The position numbers and the translations under genes were made by a program. Source: Cycas panzhihuaensis (lineage: Eukaryota; Plantae; Cycadophyta). Taken from it: a stretch of 64,000 nt of DNA. The stretch covers positions 212,357,741-212,421,740 of the forward strand of contig CM041465.1 in assembly GCA_023213395.1 (NCBI GenBank). The letters are read 5' to 3'. Positions 25,338 through 40,485 of this stretch are shown here, in pieces. Position 1 is the first letter of the stretch. Every line of letters begins with the position of its first letter. The notes below the pieces were generated by a model. The model had not been told where the DNA came from, made no database searches, and saw nothing but the letters and a program-made list of their open reading frames with translations.

Positions 25338-27410
25338 GTTCAAACAGTTTGTGCAAAAGACCCGAAATGCTTCTCCAGACATCAAATGCTTCTTGGCTGA
25401 GTTAGGAGGTTTCAAGCTTGAGACAACAGTCCTTTACACAGCTTAGGGCATTTCACACATCTGCCAATGAGTTGTGAGACATCTCTATAGGTTCACATTT
25501 CTGTGAGGAGTGTGCAGTATTTTGAGAACAATATGCAAGCAATTTTTGTATGTCCTGAAGAAGGGAAAGGATCTAGATTAAGCTCAAGCTCTGATACCAT
25601 GTGAGAATGGGCACATGCACAATGTAATCATAGAATCATATAGTATGCAATCATAGGTAACAAGATAACACTGCACATGTACACAGATTGACAGGTGAAA
25701 AACCCTTCTGGGGAAGAAAAGCCACCTCCTAAAGTTCTAGTTTTATTAAGAATTACTGTAAACAAAAAAATGACACGTAAACCACCTAACACTTAAACCA
25801 ACCTTTGAAAAGGCATGAAGATAGCCCTCTTAGATTCATGGAACCAACTCCTTGAATCTAGGAGATGAATTTATATAATGAAAGGTTCATTGAAATGCAG
25901 TTCTGCATTTCAACCACCTTTCACATAAGATAAATTAATAAACATTAAAGTTTAAACATTAGGATAACTTAAATATACATTTAGATATGTGACTAAAATA
26001 TAACCTTTAAAAAGAACATAAACATTACATTAACATTCTAACATTCTCCTAGTTTAACTAGCCATCATATCAATTTTTGAAATAGCAAGTGGCTACCTAT
26101 AGGGTTTCCTCCCTTAGGTAGTTAAGAGGATTTTGTTCCTTTAGCTCATTTTCTTAGTTCCCACAATTGCTTTACTATGGCTCAATTTCATGATTTTGAT
26201 TAGCTCTATTAGAAGGATTTTATCAGTCTTTTAATAGAGTTCAACCCTCAGCCTAAAACTTCTCTTTCATAGATGGTAGAAAAGCTTAATTTTTTCACGA
26301 GGTAAGTTGATCCTCTTCTTGCCTCTCAGGAGTTAGAGAAAGAGGAAGGTACAAGGTTTCTCTCTAGGGGTCATGTGTTTAAATCCACTCAATTTTAATA
26401 CTTGATTGATAGTCAACAATTTTGTCATACTTAGCTCTAAGTTGAATGGGGATGGATTTGGTGGAAATAAGCTCAATCCAAATACAATGTGCTTCAATGG
26501 AGGATATTGTATAAGGCCTTTATTTTCCAAGACACTTGGGATCACTGAAATGTAGGTCACTAATCATATTGCATAGTATGTGGTGCCCAGGAGGATAGTT
26601 TTGATCACATTTGGTGGCATTGTCCTTCTATCTAAGATATTTTGTACATTGTCTTTTAAAATTTCAGTTTGGACCAAGGTTTCGTTGAAATTTATAATGG
26701 CAACTTACTTCTCCATCCTTGGTTAATCAAAGGGAGCTAGGTTGCGACTTATATTTGGTTTGCAACTTGTCGACACTTAATAGACCTTTGGTTTCTATTT
26801 CTTAAGACCACATTGCATGACATTTAGAAAATCCATACTACAACTTATTTACAAAAAGTAGTTTTGTCCTTTAATCAAATTCTTAGGTGCATAAGAAAGG
26901 ATATTTTATTATAGTTATCTCACAATCCTCGCTTCATCCCTCTTCAAAAAAAGTTCAAGAAAAATTTACATTATGATTTTGTGATTTTGAGTGTTCTTCA
27001 TGTAAAAGAATGGATAAGTATGGCTATTTAATTTTTGGGTTTTCCCAGCTCTTTATATTGTAATTAAGACTATAATTCAATGATATCTATTTTTTCACCT
27101 TCATACACATACACATACATAACACTTAAGGTATTGATTAATATTATGGTATATATTATTATATTATTATTGAATTATGTATTATTGCTATTACACATAC
27201 AACCTGGTGCTATATTATTCTTCGATGCAGTGTGCTTTTGCTATGAAACTATATGATATTATTGGGTTGACTCTAGGCACATATAATAACTCTCAATAAT
27301 ATATTTCTCCACCTATAATAATATTTTAAGGCTAGCTCATATCAATAGAGTTTAGAGGTATGTGGGACTAATATTCACCATAGGTGACTTATATATTATT
27401 AAACCTTGTT

Positions 27411-28595
<1,185 letters not shown>

Positions 28596-28999
28596 TTTTC
28601 TTCATTATAGATATAAGAATCTTTCTTAAGCAATAAAAAATTATGTACGATGTCAAATTAAGGTGCAAATAGATATTATATTCTAAATGAAGGTGCATAT
28701 AACTATTATATCTACAATATAAGCAATATTCATCTCATATGACTTAGCAAGACTTGGGTAATCAGATGCACATATCTTTTGCTAATTATTGCTTTAAACT
28801 TAACTTGTAGGTCTTGTTTATTTCATGACTATTTCATAGGTCTCATTTGTGACTATCAATGTTATAACATTTGATGATTGTGGAATCACCCTCTAACGAA
28901 TGTGAGATGTCATTAGTTTATACTTTCCATATTGATGCTAAAGTAAGTTAATATAAGTAATCTTACTGATTTCAGAATATGTGATGTGTGTGTGTTTGT

Positions 29000-29039
<40 letters not shown>

Positions 29040-29053
<14 letters not shown>

Positions 29054-29235
29054 AGAGAGAGAGAGAGAGAGATAGGACATGGTATGTATATATATAGAGC
29101 GAGAGAGAGATAGGACATGATATGTATATACGGAAAGGTTCAGTTGCAATGCTAATACATACATATATAGAATGAGAGAGAGATAGGACATGATATGTAT
29201 ATACAGAAAGTTTCAACTGCAATGCTAATACATAC
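29040..29235. repeat. Short tandem repeat GAGAGAGATAGGACATGATATGTATATA, 3 copies with variable extension
   Basis: Three copies at about 29060, 29100 and 29175. Confidence 0.8.
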
Positions 29236-29550
29236 ATAGTTTGTTTCTGATGTCAATACATGCATAAGTAGGCTTATTTTGACGTAGGGGTACAATATGA
29301 CTGTGACATCTATGTAGTCTTTTTTTTTAACAATACATATTCATACTACATGGTACAACTTTAACATTAGCTCAATTTTAATTATATATATACACTACAT
29401 GGGTTGTGTTGTTTAGGTTAATTTAGATGGTTTAATAATATATATTTGCACTATAAAACTACAAAGCTAGGTCAATTAAGATAGCTGATATAAATACAAT
29501 GATCAAAGATATATATGCATCTAGAGATTTGATGTATAAGATGCCAAGGC

Positions 29551-29551
29551 C

Positions 29552-29602
<51 letters not shown>

Positions 29603-29805
29603 ACATATATATACATACATACATACACATCTATATATGTATATATACATATATATGTATGTATATATACATATGTATATATGTATATACATATGTATAT
29701 ACATATATATATATATGTATATACATATATATATATGTATATATGTATGTATGTATATATATATGTATGTATATATATATATAGATAGATAGATATATAT
29801 ATGTG

Positions 29806-29859
<54 letters not shown>

Positions 29860-29903
29860 CACATATCTATATATATATGTATATGTATATATATGAATAC
29901 ATC

Positions 29904-29957
<54 letters not shown>

Positions 29958-29982
29958 TATACATATGTATATATATATGTAT

Positions 29983-30035
<53 letters not shown>

Positions 30036-30037
30036 TA

Positions 30038-30073
<36 letters not shown>

Positions 30074-30116
30074 TGTATGTATATGTATGTATGCATATGT
30101 GTATATATATATATGT

Positions 30117-30205
<89 letters not shown>

Positions 30206-30261
30206 CACATGTATATATATATATACATACACATGTATATATATATATACACATACACATG

Positions 30262-30354
<93 letters not shown>

Positions 30355-30640
30355 ATATATATGTATGTATATATATATGTATGTATGTATATATGTATGT
30401 ATGTATATATGTATGTATGTATATATGTATGTATATATATATGTATGTATATATATAGATATATATATATATATATATATATGTATATGTATATATATAT
30501 GTATGTATATATGTATATCTATATGTAAATGTATATATATATCTATATATAGATATATATATACATATAGATATACATATACACATACATACATATATAC
30601 ACATATATATATATACATACATACATACATATATATATAC

Positions 30641-30675
<35 letters not shown>

Positions 30676-30816
30676 CATACATATATATATGTACATACAT
30701 ATATATATACATACATATATATGTATATATGTATATATATATATATACATATATATATATACATATATATACATATATATATATACATACATACATACAT
30801 ATACATATACATATAC

Positions 30817-30849
<33 letters not shown>

Positions 30850-30867
30850 TATATATATATATATAGA

Positions 30868-30899
<32 letters not shown>

Positions 30900-30900
30900 G

Positions 30901-30931
<31 letters not shown>

Positions 30932-31079
30932 CACACACATACACACACACATACACACATACACACACATACACACATACATACATATACATATATATAT
31001 ACATATACATATACATATATATATGTATATGTATATGTATATATATATGTATATGTATATGTATATATATATGTATATG

Positions 31080-31124
<45 letters not shown>

Positions 31125-31194
31125 GTATCTATATATATATATATATATATACATATATATCTATCTATATATACATATATATCTATCTATATAT

Positions 31195-31245
<51 letters not shown>

Positions 31246-31292
31246 TACATATATATATATATGCATATATATACATACATACATATATATGC

Positions 31293-31370
<78 letters not shown>

Positions 31371-31483
31371 ATATATATATATACATACATATATATATAT
31401 ATATATACATACATATATATATATATATATACATACATATATATATATATATACATACATATATATATATATAGATATATATA

Positions 31484-31517
<34 letters not shown>

Positions 31518-31518
31518 C

Positions 31519-31599
<81 letters not shown>

Positions 31600-31859
31600 C
31601 ATACATACATATATATATATATACATACATATATATATATATATAGATATATATGTATGTATGTATGTATACATATATGTTTATATATATACATATACAT
31701 GTATGTATATACATATACATATATGTATATGTATATATATATATGTGTATATATATACATATATATATATACATATACATATATGTATATATATATATAT
31801 ACATATATGTACGTATGTATATATATATATACATACATATATACATATATGTACGTATG

Positions 31860-31900
<41 letters not shown>

Positions 31901-31907
31901 GCATATG

Positions 31908-31938
<31 letters not shown>

Positions 31939-31991
31939 GTGTGTGTGTGTATATATATATATATGTATATATGTGTATGTATGTATGTATG

Positions 31992-32035
<44 letters not shown>
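29551..32035. repeat. Compound microsatellite (TA/TACA/TATACA/CA)n, about 2.5 kb
   Basis: Directly visible. Confidence 0.98.
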
Positions 32036-33502
32036 TAGTTAATATAAGACAGAGGTAAGAAGAGGAGACAATTATGAGTTTATTACCATAGAGTGGGATT
32101 AATGCTTTGATACTAATTATTATGAATCAAAGTTTATAATTTGAGGACATAATCACAATCATAGAAGAAAAATATATATGCACATAAATTACTTTGAATT
32201 ATTTAATGGTTAAAGGCCAAGTAATAAATTAATGAATGAACAATAATACATGTTACAATGGTCACACAAACATATACATGATATAATGTTTATTGACAAA
32301 TGGGTGCAACCATTCAAATATGTCTTTTAATAATAATTAGATAATTAATCATTATTAATTAGAGTCATAACATACACACAAATATTCTTTCATTATTCGC
32401 AAAGACAATATTCCTTATAGAAGTGAGTTTTATTCATTTATTCTAAGGATTATCTCAGCTTTAAGTATTTCCTTAAATTAAAAGAGTAAGGCCCCCTTCT
32501 CAAGTAAACACCCTACTTGCCTTATTTTAACAATTTTCATATATATAAATGTTTCCACTATCTTTTTTTTTTATTAACTTCTTGGTGGATAATTATAAAA
32601 TCATATGTAACAGTAAGTGTTATACCTCATAAATACATTTTCTTATCACCTTATTGATAGATATAAGGTGATGTATAAACCTTTTCATAAACCTTGTATA
32701 TTCAATATAAGGACATCCCAAAAGAGGAGGGGACTTAACCACTATACAATATATCTTATTTTACTACTTGCCATCCCCCATTTTTGTTTTATGCATTAGT
32801 TATCCCAAACAAAGGGTAAGCATTAACACCATGCAAATCTTGTTTTACCACTTGATTCTCCTGCCCTCTCTACTCTTAAGGTGATTATATAAAGTTTTCC
32901 TATATTCCAAGAAAAAATTCATTATGCAACATATCTTGTTTTACTATTAATTACCTCTCATTTCTATTCCATGCATTGATCACCTCAAAGAATTCACTTT
33001 ATATTAATTTTCTTTCACTGTTTACACCCTTTTAGGAGTCCAAATAAAGAAACGTAAATATAATGCATCTACCATTCAAGAGTTCTTTTTTTTTGTTTTT
33101 GATTTACAATGAGACATTTCTATCAATTGACATAAACAATTGCCTTCAATATACTCTCTCATATGCCTTCATAGAACTATGGAATGGGTGGGATACTACA
33201 GAGCAAGAAAGGAAATTTTAAATTATGTGCTCTAACATCTAAATTTTAAATGCATAAATGAAAAAAATTATGTCGAGTGATTGTAAAGGTCTATGGACTT
33301 TCAAAAAAAAAAAAAAAGAAAAGAAAAGAAAACAAAACAAAACAAAAGAAAAGAAAAGGAGGGAAAGGCCACGGAATCTGCCAGCTCTATGTGCTTTTCT
33401 GTTTTTGGATTTATACTTTGTGATGGCCGAATATGACCCAAATCACAAGTCGAATGTAAATTCTATACAAAATGCGTTGCCAGAGGAATGCCGTAAATTT
33501 CA

Positions 33503-33827
33503 ATGAAAATGTACGGGGCTTTATCTAAGCTACCCACCGTGGAGGAAAAACAGCGCAAGCAGACCAAATTGGACACGACAGTGGAAATGGATATACGACC
33601 AGTGAATTTCTCAGATGCAGGAGGAGGTGAACTAGCCGAGGATGATGTTAAAGAAGAGGAACTTGAGCAATTAGAGGCAGAGGTGAAGGGCTTGGCTGAT
33701 AAAATACTTCATCTGAGAAGAACAGTGCCTTCTACATTTAGGGCAAAGTTGGAGTCTTTATTGGTCGGTATGAGGCCTGTATTTCCACATCTACAACAAC
33801 ATTCTTTCGACAAGACCACATCTTCAG
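33503..33827 (+). CDS. Exon 1 of an uncharacterised plant coiled-coil protein (copy 1, apparently intact; about 193 aa spliced; start codon uncertain)
   Basis: EEELEQLEAEVKGLADKILHLRRTVPSTFRAKLESLLVGMRP resembles a conserved plant family of unknown function; donor CAG|GTATTC at 33827/33828, phase 1. Confidence 0.8.
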
Positions 33828-34929
33828 GTATTCCTTCCCTCTATATCCTGCACTTTTTATTGTCTTAGACAGAGCTCCATGGTTTCGGATTGCTCTCATC
33901 TGTAAAAATATACCGAAGGGAAAGAAGAACGGGGAAGAGAGAGACCCACATTGCCCTTGTCCTTACACAGTTTGATGTTTTCAGGCGCAGGCCTGGTCCT
34001 GGAGAAACCCACTTGTGAGTAACTATTATATCTGTTTAAAGGGTCAGCAATTTCTCTTCTCTAGGGCTGTCATCCATCCGCTCGGTCTGTTTGGCTGTCC
34101 ATATATTTCATTTGAATTCCTTTATGGGTGGGTATATTCAGTTTGTATGGATATGATGTGGGTGAGGAGACAAAAGAGAAAGGAAAAACCCCCTTTCCTC
34201 AAGGGCGTATGCTCCCCTTCAAGCTTCCCCTGGCCTCCAGATCTTGACATAAATGGATAACACCCCAGGTATATTTTTGTTTCGGGTTTCCAGTCAGAGC
34301 AGCAAACAGTTAAAACAAAACGAAACTTGACTGAGGAAAATGGAATTTGGTTGTCTGTTTGGAGCCTATGAAGGCATATAATAATCCTTCAAACGAGCTG
34401 GAAATTAGAAGAAATCAAACACATTGTTCTTATATGAATGGGTTACTTCATCTGTGTTTTTCTTTTTTCTGTGTTGGATGTATTTTCCCCCTTTTTCTAT
34501 CTATTGTTTTTTTTTTCTGATCATTATAGGATGTTGAATTTTGAGGGTTCATGCACTCAACCTATGATTGAATTTCCAGCAAATTTGGCAAGCTTTGTTG
34601 CCCGTTCCCAAATGGAGGGGGACTCAGTAACTATGTTTAGTTCATCTGGTATGCGATGTGGAAACTTCATCTTAGCAATTTACCCCAAGTTTTCTCTGGT
34701 GACAAGATATGCAAAATGTTGCTGACTTTGGTTATTGTGATTATTAATTTTTCTAGGTTGCTGGGAGCAAAATGCCTGTTGGCTTGAGAAGCCACTAATA
34801 AATCTATTCCTTCCCCCCCGGTTCTACCTGCCCCACCATAATCATATTTTTGAGAGAAATTGAGCATGTGGCTACTATTTTTGGTTAAGTTTTGAGAGTG
34901 AAAAAAATTTCGTTTTCATCTATTGGCAG

Positions 34930-35186
34930 AGGATGGATCACACAAGAGACAAGGAGCATCGACATTGTTTGCAGCACTAGGAGGAGGAGAAGGAGGAGAA
35001 GAAGAAGAGGATCAAGAGACTGCAGCACAGATAGCCCTGCTGAAGTCTAAGATTGCCGCCAATGTTGCTTCCATGCCTGCTCTTTTGGATAGGATGAAAT
35101 TATGTGTAGAGAAGATGAACAAACTGGATCAATATAAGGGTAACATTCACTATGCATTCACAAGGAAACTGCCTTCAGATGGATGA
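34930..35186 (+). CDS. Exon 2 of the same protein (copy 1)
   Basis: Acceptor ...TTGGCAG| is phase-compatible with exon 1; EEDQETAAQIALLKSKIAANVASMPALLDRMKLCVEKMNKLDQYKGNIHYAFTRK then TGA. Confidence 0.8.
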
Positions 35187-36625
35187 ATGCACTGTTTGAT
35201 GATGCTTGCATGCTTTTTTATTCATCTAGATATGTTTGCTTGGTTTACAGAAAACATGAAGTTCTGTTTTTGCCATGTAATTTTTTCTTTTTGTTATAAT
35301 GAAAACAACCACATTGTGTATGCGATTTGTTTCAGCAGAATAGCCTAGGACTCCAGGCCTGTGAATTTCTTTTATGCTTACTGGAGGCAGATGATTCTTT
35401 AATTGTCCATTGAGGCATGCCTGATAATATGTAGTTTGCCTTTAAACTTTGTCCTTTCATGATTAGGAAAAGGACTTTGCTATCACAAGCTCACGTGTTT
35501 GAGATTTGTTTCTCCCAATACCTTCAGGGGTGGCTTGAAATATGATTTTGTTGCAACCATTCATTGCTTTGTTATATGACTTTTCCAGTTTGAGCTCATA
35601 GACTTCAATGCTTGTTTGTAATTATTAGTTTAATGTGATTTTTAGGGGCTCCCAATGGAAAAGGCCCTTTTTTCTTTTTGCTTTTAATTGTTGTAAGTGT
35701 TTTATAACAAGTGGATCTTCTTCCTCCCTTTGTTTTCTTTTAAAGGTTTGATTCATTTGGTTTAAGTGGGCTGATTCACTTGGATTGGATTAAATGTCCT
35801 TTTCCCCCATGATTAGGTATTGTTCAACTATTATGGCTCAATGGATTTCAACTGCTTGTATAAAACTGTTATACAAAGGATAAAAAGTTGTGTATTACAC
35901 ACTATTTTGCCCTTGGCATTGAATATGTGAAATACTATGAAGCCTAATTTAGCCAATGACCAATCAAACTCTAGCTTTACATAAAGCTTGTGAATCTGTT
36001 TTGAAGTTTTTTCACCATTTTGGTTTTATGTCGATTGCATTTTATCGATGAAGTGAACTTCTTTGCTTAGACAACCTTTGTCATGTTTGGGCAATTACAA
36101 ACTTGAATTTTGTTCTTTGTGCATAGTGTTTGGAAAGTTAATAACAATGTGCTTTAGGATTTTTCAATGGATTTATCTATTTTGGATTTTCATTTTATTA
36201 TTCCCAAGGAGAATACATTTTATTGCACTTTATTGGGTAGTGCATTTTGTTGTGTTTATGTTACCAAAAACTCCATTTTCTATGATGGTTCTAGGCTTTC
36301 AAAACTCAAAAAATTTGAAATGCTTTAGAAACTCCAATGAGAATTCCCATAAATATTTTCAAGCCATTTTTCATTTTCCAAAAATGTTTCCTAGGCATTT
36401 CTGATAGGAAAGCACATTTTTAATTACATTTCTAGGTAAATGTTTTTATCAGTTGGGGCCTTTATGGTAGGTAGGTTCCACCTGCTACCAACCTTAATTA
36501 ATAAGTATTAAAATAACATATAATAATTTGAAAAATTAATAAAGTTAATGATTGAGTTTATTTTAAGTTGCATGTTTTATAACGTGTATGTAATTTGATT
36601 TGGAAAATTAATAGGGAAAATTATA

Positions 36626-37529
36626 TGTTAGTACCACAAAAAAGAGGAGAGAGGGTGCAAATTCCCACTAACCTCATGGGTAAGCAAAGTGTAAAAAATG
36701 GGCAGTACAAATATCTCAAGTCTTAATACATAGCCCAAAAAATTGAAGACAATGGCTAAGATCAAATGACTTGCAACATAATATCATGAGATTCATTACA
36801 CTACAAGAGGCATGGGAGGGGTACCTCAACCATCATCCCTTTATCTGGGTGGTTTTCTCTTAGTGACTATCCCTTATAAGAGTTGGAATCAACATTGTGC
36901 TTGCAAGGCTTGGGGTGAGGTAGCTTTTATTCCCTATTATCGAGGTTGAGAAGGTGGAGATGGTGATTTGCATTTCTTAGTGAAACACTTGTTTTTAGAG
37001 TCTCTCCTTAACATTCTTGATCTATATGCCCTCTATTGTGCTTTCATTGGGCCAAGTTTGATGAATGTGTATCATTTGGGGACAATGAAGGACTAGACTA
37101 AGATGATTAGCATCAATTCTAAACTAGAAATGAACAAGCATATAAGCACAATAAGAAGTGGAAGAGGGGGAATTGATCTTAGCTCCAACAAGATTAACTT
37201 GTATTAAACTTAGCAGCATAATAGTACATCTCACTCTCATTATACATACATGAGAAAATGGTTTCATATATATAGGTGAGAAAGTACCACTTTGGGTTGT
37301 TGTATGTTTGATAAGTGTCAAATATGCATAAAGGTACCTTGCATATTGGCCAGTTGTCCAACCATGCATGCATATGCGCAAATATGCAAAAAAATGGTAT
37401 AAGGTACATTGACCCATAAGTTACAACATAATACAAGCTAGAGAAGTGTGTGTACATATTTTACATATTAAGTGAAAAAATACTTTTACGTAATACATAA
37501 CATAATCGTAAAACATAAAAGTTCTAACA
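36626..37529 (-). repeat. Duplicated LTR-like segment of the copia at the window end (other copies about 49465-50369 and 62656-63568); left boundary tentative
   Basis: Plus strand ends TTCTAACA followed by a C run (minus strand: PPT then TGTTAGAA); in unit 3 it adjoins copia RNase H. Confidence 0.6.
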
Positions 37530-38190
37530 CCCCCTTTTTGTATATATTTATGTTAGTTTTCTTGCAAAGGTAAGAATATTTCCCAAGCAATAATAATCTA
37601 TGTTTGATGCTGAAATAAGGTGCAGATAGATATTATATCTTGAATTAAGGTGCACATACATATTATATTTACAATATAAGCAATATTGATCTCTTATGGC
37701 TTACCATTGCAAAGGTGAGCATATGCACATATCTCTTGCCAATTACGACTTTGAATTTAACTTACAGGGCTCTTTCATTTTATGATTGTCTTGCAAGTCT
37801 CATTTGTGACTATTTTAATGTTCTAACATTCGACAATTGTGGAATCACCCTCCAACGATTGTGGGATGTTATTTGTTTATTCTTTCCACGTTGACGTTAA
37901 AGAAAGTTAATATAAGAATGTTATTGATTTCGTAATATGCAGTTTATATATACGCGAAAGGGAAGACATAGTTTGTGATGTGAATGTATGCAACCAGTTT
38001 GCACCATGAATATATGCAATCTATTTGCAAAGGTAGGACACAATCATTTTGCAACATAAATATATATTGTCAGTTTTTTGTATGAATAATGTAGTTAGTT
38101 TGCAACAAGAATATATATGGTCAATTAGTTGAGATAGGACATAGTCAATTTTATTTATATTTTGGCAATTCATCATGGAGATAGGACATG

Positions 38191-38221
<31 letters not shown>

Positions 38222-40063
38222 CACACACACACACACATGGAAAGTTTTACTTGCAACGTCAACGCATCCATAGTCTATTTGTGATGTCAATAAATATGCA
38301 AGTCAGTCTAATTCAATGCAGGGGTAGGACACAACTGTGACATCTATGTAGCCTTTTTATTTTTAACAATATATGTTCACACTACATGACATGACTCCAA
38401 CATAATCTCAAGAGTCAATTTAATAATATATATTCACACACATGGGTTGCCATGTTTAGGTTAATTTAGATGGCTTAATAATATATATTTGCATGACGCA
38501 AACTCAAAACTAGGTCAATCAAGACATTGATATAAATGTAATGATCAAAGATATATATACATCGAGTAATTTGATGGCTGAAATATTAAGGTCAATACAC
38601 ACACACACACACAAAGTTAATGCAAGATGGAGGTAAGAAGAGGACATAATTATGCACTTATTACCACAAAGTGAGATTAATGTTTTGATCCTACTTGTTA
38701 TGAATCAAAGTTCAAAACTTGAGGAGAGGCACAATCACAAGAGGAATATATATAAGCACATGAATTACTCTAAATTGTTAGGTTAATAAATGAATGATGT
38801 TATATGTTACAATGTTTATGCAAATGTATATGTGATACAATGTTCCTTGACGAATGGGTGCAATCATTCAAATGTGTCATTTGACAATAATTAGATAATT
38901 GATTATTATTAATTAAGGTCATAACACACACAAATATTTTTTCATTGCTCATAGGGACAGTGTTCCTTATAGGAGTTAAGTTTTATTTCTTTATTCTAAG
39001 GATTATCTTAGTTCTAAATATTTCCTTAAACTAAAAGAGTAAAGCCCCCTTCTCAAGTAGGCACCCTACTTGCCTTATTTCAACATCTTTCATATACATA
39101 AATGTTTCCATTACTTTTTCTTTTATTAACTTCTTAGTGGATAATTATAAAATCATACATAACATTAAGTGTCATCCCTCATAAGTACATTTTCTTATCA
39201 CCTTATTAATAGATATAAGGTGATGTATAAACCTTTCATTTACTTCTCAACTATACATATAAACATTTATATCCCATATAAGGACACCCCAAAAGAGGAG
39301 TGGACTTCACCATTGTACAACATATTTTGTTTACTATTCATTGTTCCCCATTTTTATTCCATGCATTAGTTATCCCAAACAAAGAACAAGCATCAGTACC
39401 ATGGAAATCTCGTTTTACTACTTGATCCTCCCACCCCCTTTGCTCTTAAGGTGATATATAAAGTTTTCTTCTACTTCCTAACCATATAGTTGGACATTTA
39501 TATCCCAAACGAGGATATCCTAAGAAAGAATTCACTATGCAACACATCTTGTTTTACTACTAATTACCCCCCAATTTTATTTCATACATTGATCACCTCA
39601 AATAATTCACTTTATGTTGATCTTCTTTCACTATTTGCATTCCCTTAGTAGTCGAAATAAAAGAACCTAAGTATACCCATATTGTTTCCCTCAACTCTAA
39701 AACGTTGTTTACCATTTAGAAGTTTTTTGTTTTGATTTACAATGATACATTTATATCAATTGACATAAGCAATTGCCTTCAATAGACTTTCTCATTTGCC
39801 TTCATAGAGATGTGGAGGGTGGGGTGTCGTAGACTTTAAGATCTAAATTTTAAATGCATAAATCAAAATGTATATTGAGTAATTGGACTTGGGAAAGGGA
39901 GTATAGCCCACATATCCGATTGACAACTCTCTATTTTTCGGTTTATGCTATTGTAATGGCCAGATATGATCCAAATCACAAATCGAATGTAAATTTGATA
40001 CAAAATGTATTGCCAGAGGAATGCACTAAATACATCATTGATTTGTATTGATGGGTTTCAATA

Positions 40064-40454
40064 ATGAAAATGCATAGGGCTTAATTTAAGTGACTCACCA
40101 TGGAGGAGGAATAATGCAAAAAGACCAAATTGGACACAATGGAAGTGGAGGAGGCGAACCACCTAAGGATGATGTTAAAGAAGAAGAACTTGGGCAATTG
40201 GAGGTAGAGGTGAAGGGCTTGGTTGATAAAATAGTTCATCTGAGAAGAACATTGCCTTCTGCATTTAGGCTAAAGTTGGAGTCTTTATTGGTTAGTATGA
40301 GGCTTGTATTTCCACATCTACAACATTCTTTCGACAAGATCACATCTTCGGGTATACTTTCTCTCTATATCTTGCCCTTTTTATTGTCTTACACAAAGCT
40401 CCATGGCCCTAGATTGTTCTCATCTATAAAAATATATTGAAGGGAAAGTAGAAT

Positions 40455-40485
<31 letters not shown>

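Larger units (their letters stand above)
18330..26043 (-). mobile_element. Full-length Ty1/copia LTR retrotransposon (decayed) with a 2.6-kb cargo-bearing leader
   Basis: LTRs 25600-26043 (5') and 18330-18775 (3'); TSD TTCTC at 18325-18329 and 26044-26048; PBS TGGTATCAGAGC at 25588-25599; PPT AAAGGGGGA next to 18775. Confidence 0.95.
13250..27120 (+). mobile_element. L1-clade LINE, near full length and degenerate, split by copia 18330-26043; ends approximate
   Basis: ORF1 motifs LIGKF, GGPWFM and a CxxCxxxGH-like knuckle (about 14290-14830); endonuclease LGDFNF and ERLDKAY (about 15865-16075); RT ISLCNSSYKIITKVLAN, LDINKSYDTVEW, RGICQG.PL.PYLF, FVDDT (about 17050-17590); C-terminal zf-RVT-like VCGAQEDSFDHIWWHCP (about 26575-26630). 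Confidence 0.9.
28596..37555 (+). repeat. Tandem segmental duplication unit 1 (about 6.5 kb excluding the microsatellite expansion)
   Basis: Collinear homology with units 2 and 3 across gypsy 5' end, gene and terminal LTR. Confidence 0.85.

Noticed and set aside
33258-33506. Lys-rich ORF upstream of gene copy 1
   Set aside because: Generated by an A-rich tract and not conserved as a frame in copies 2 and 3.
36753-36765. 13-nt match to U2 (TGGCTAAGATCAA) in the duplicated LTR-like segment, plus an inverted copy near 37173
   Set aside because: Too short to exceed chance in 64 kb, and not conserved in units 2 and 3.
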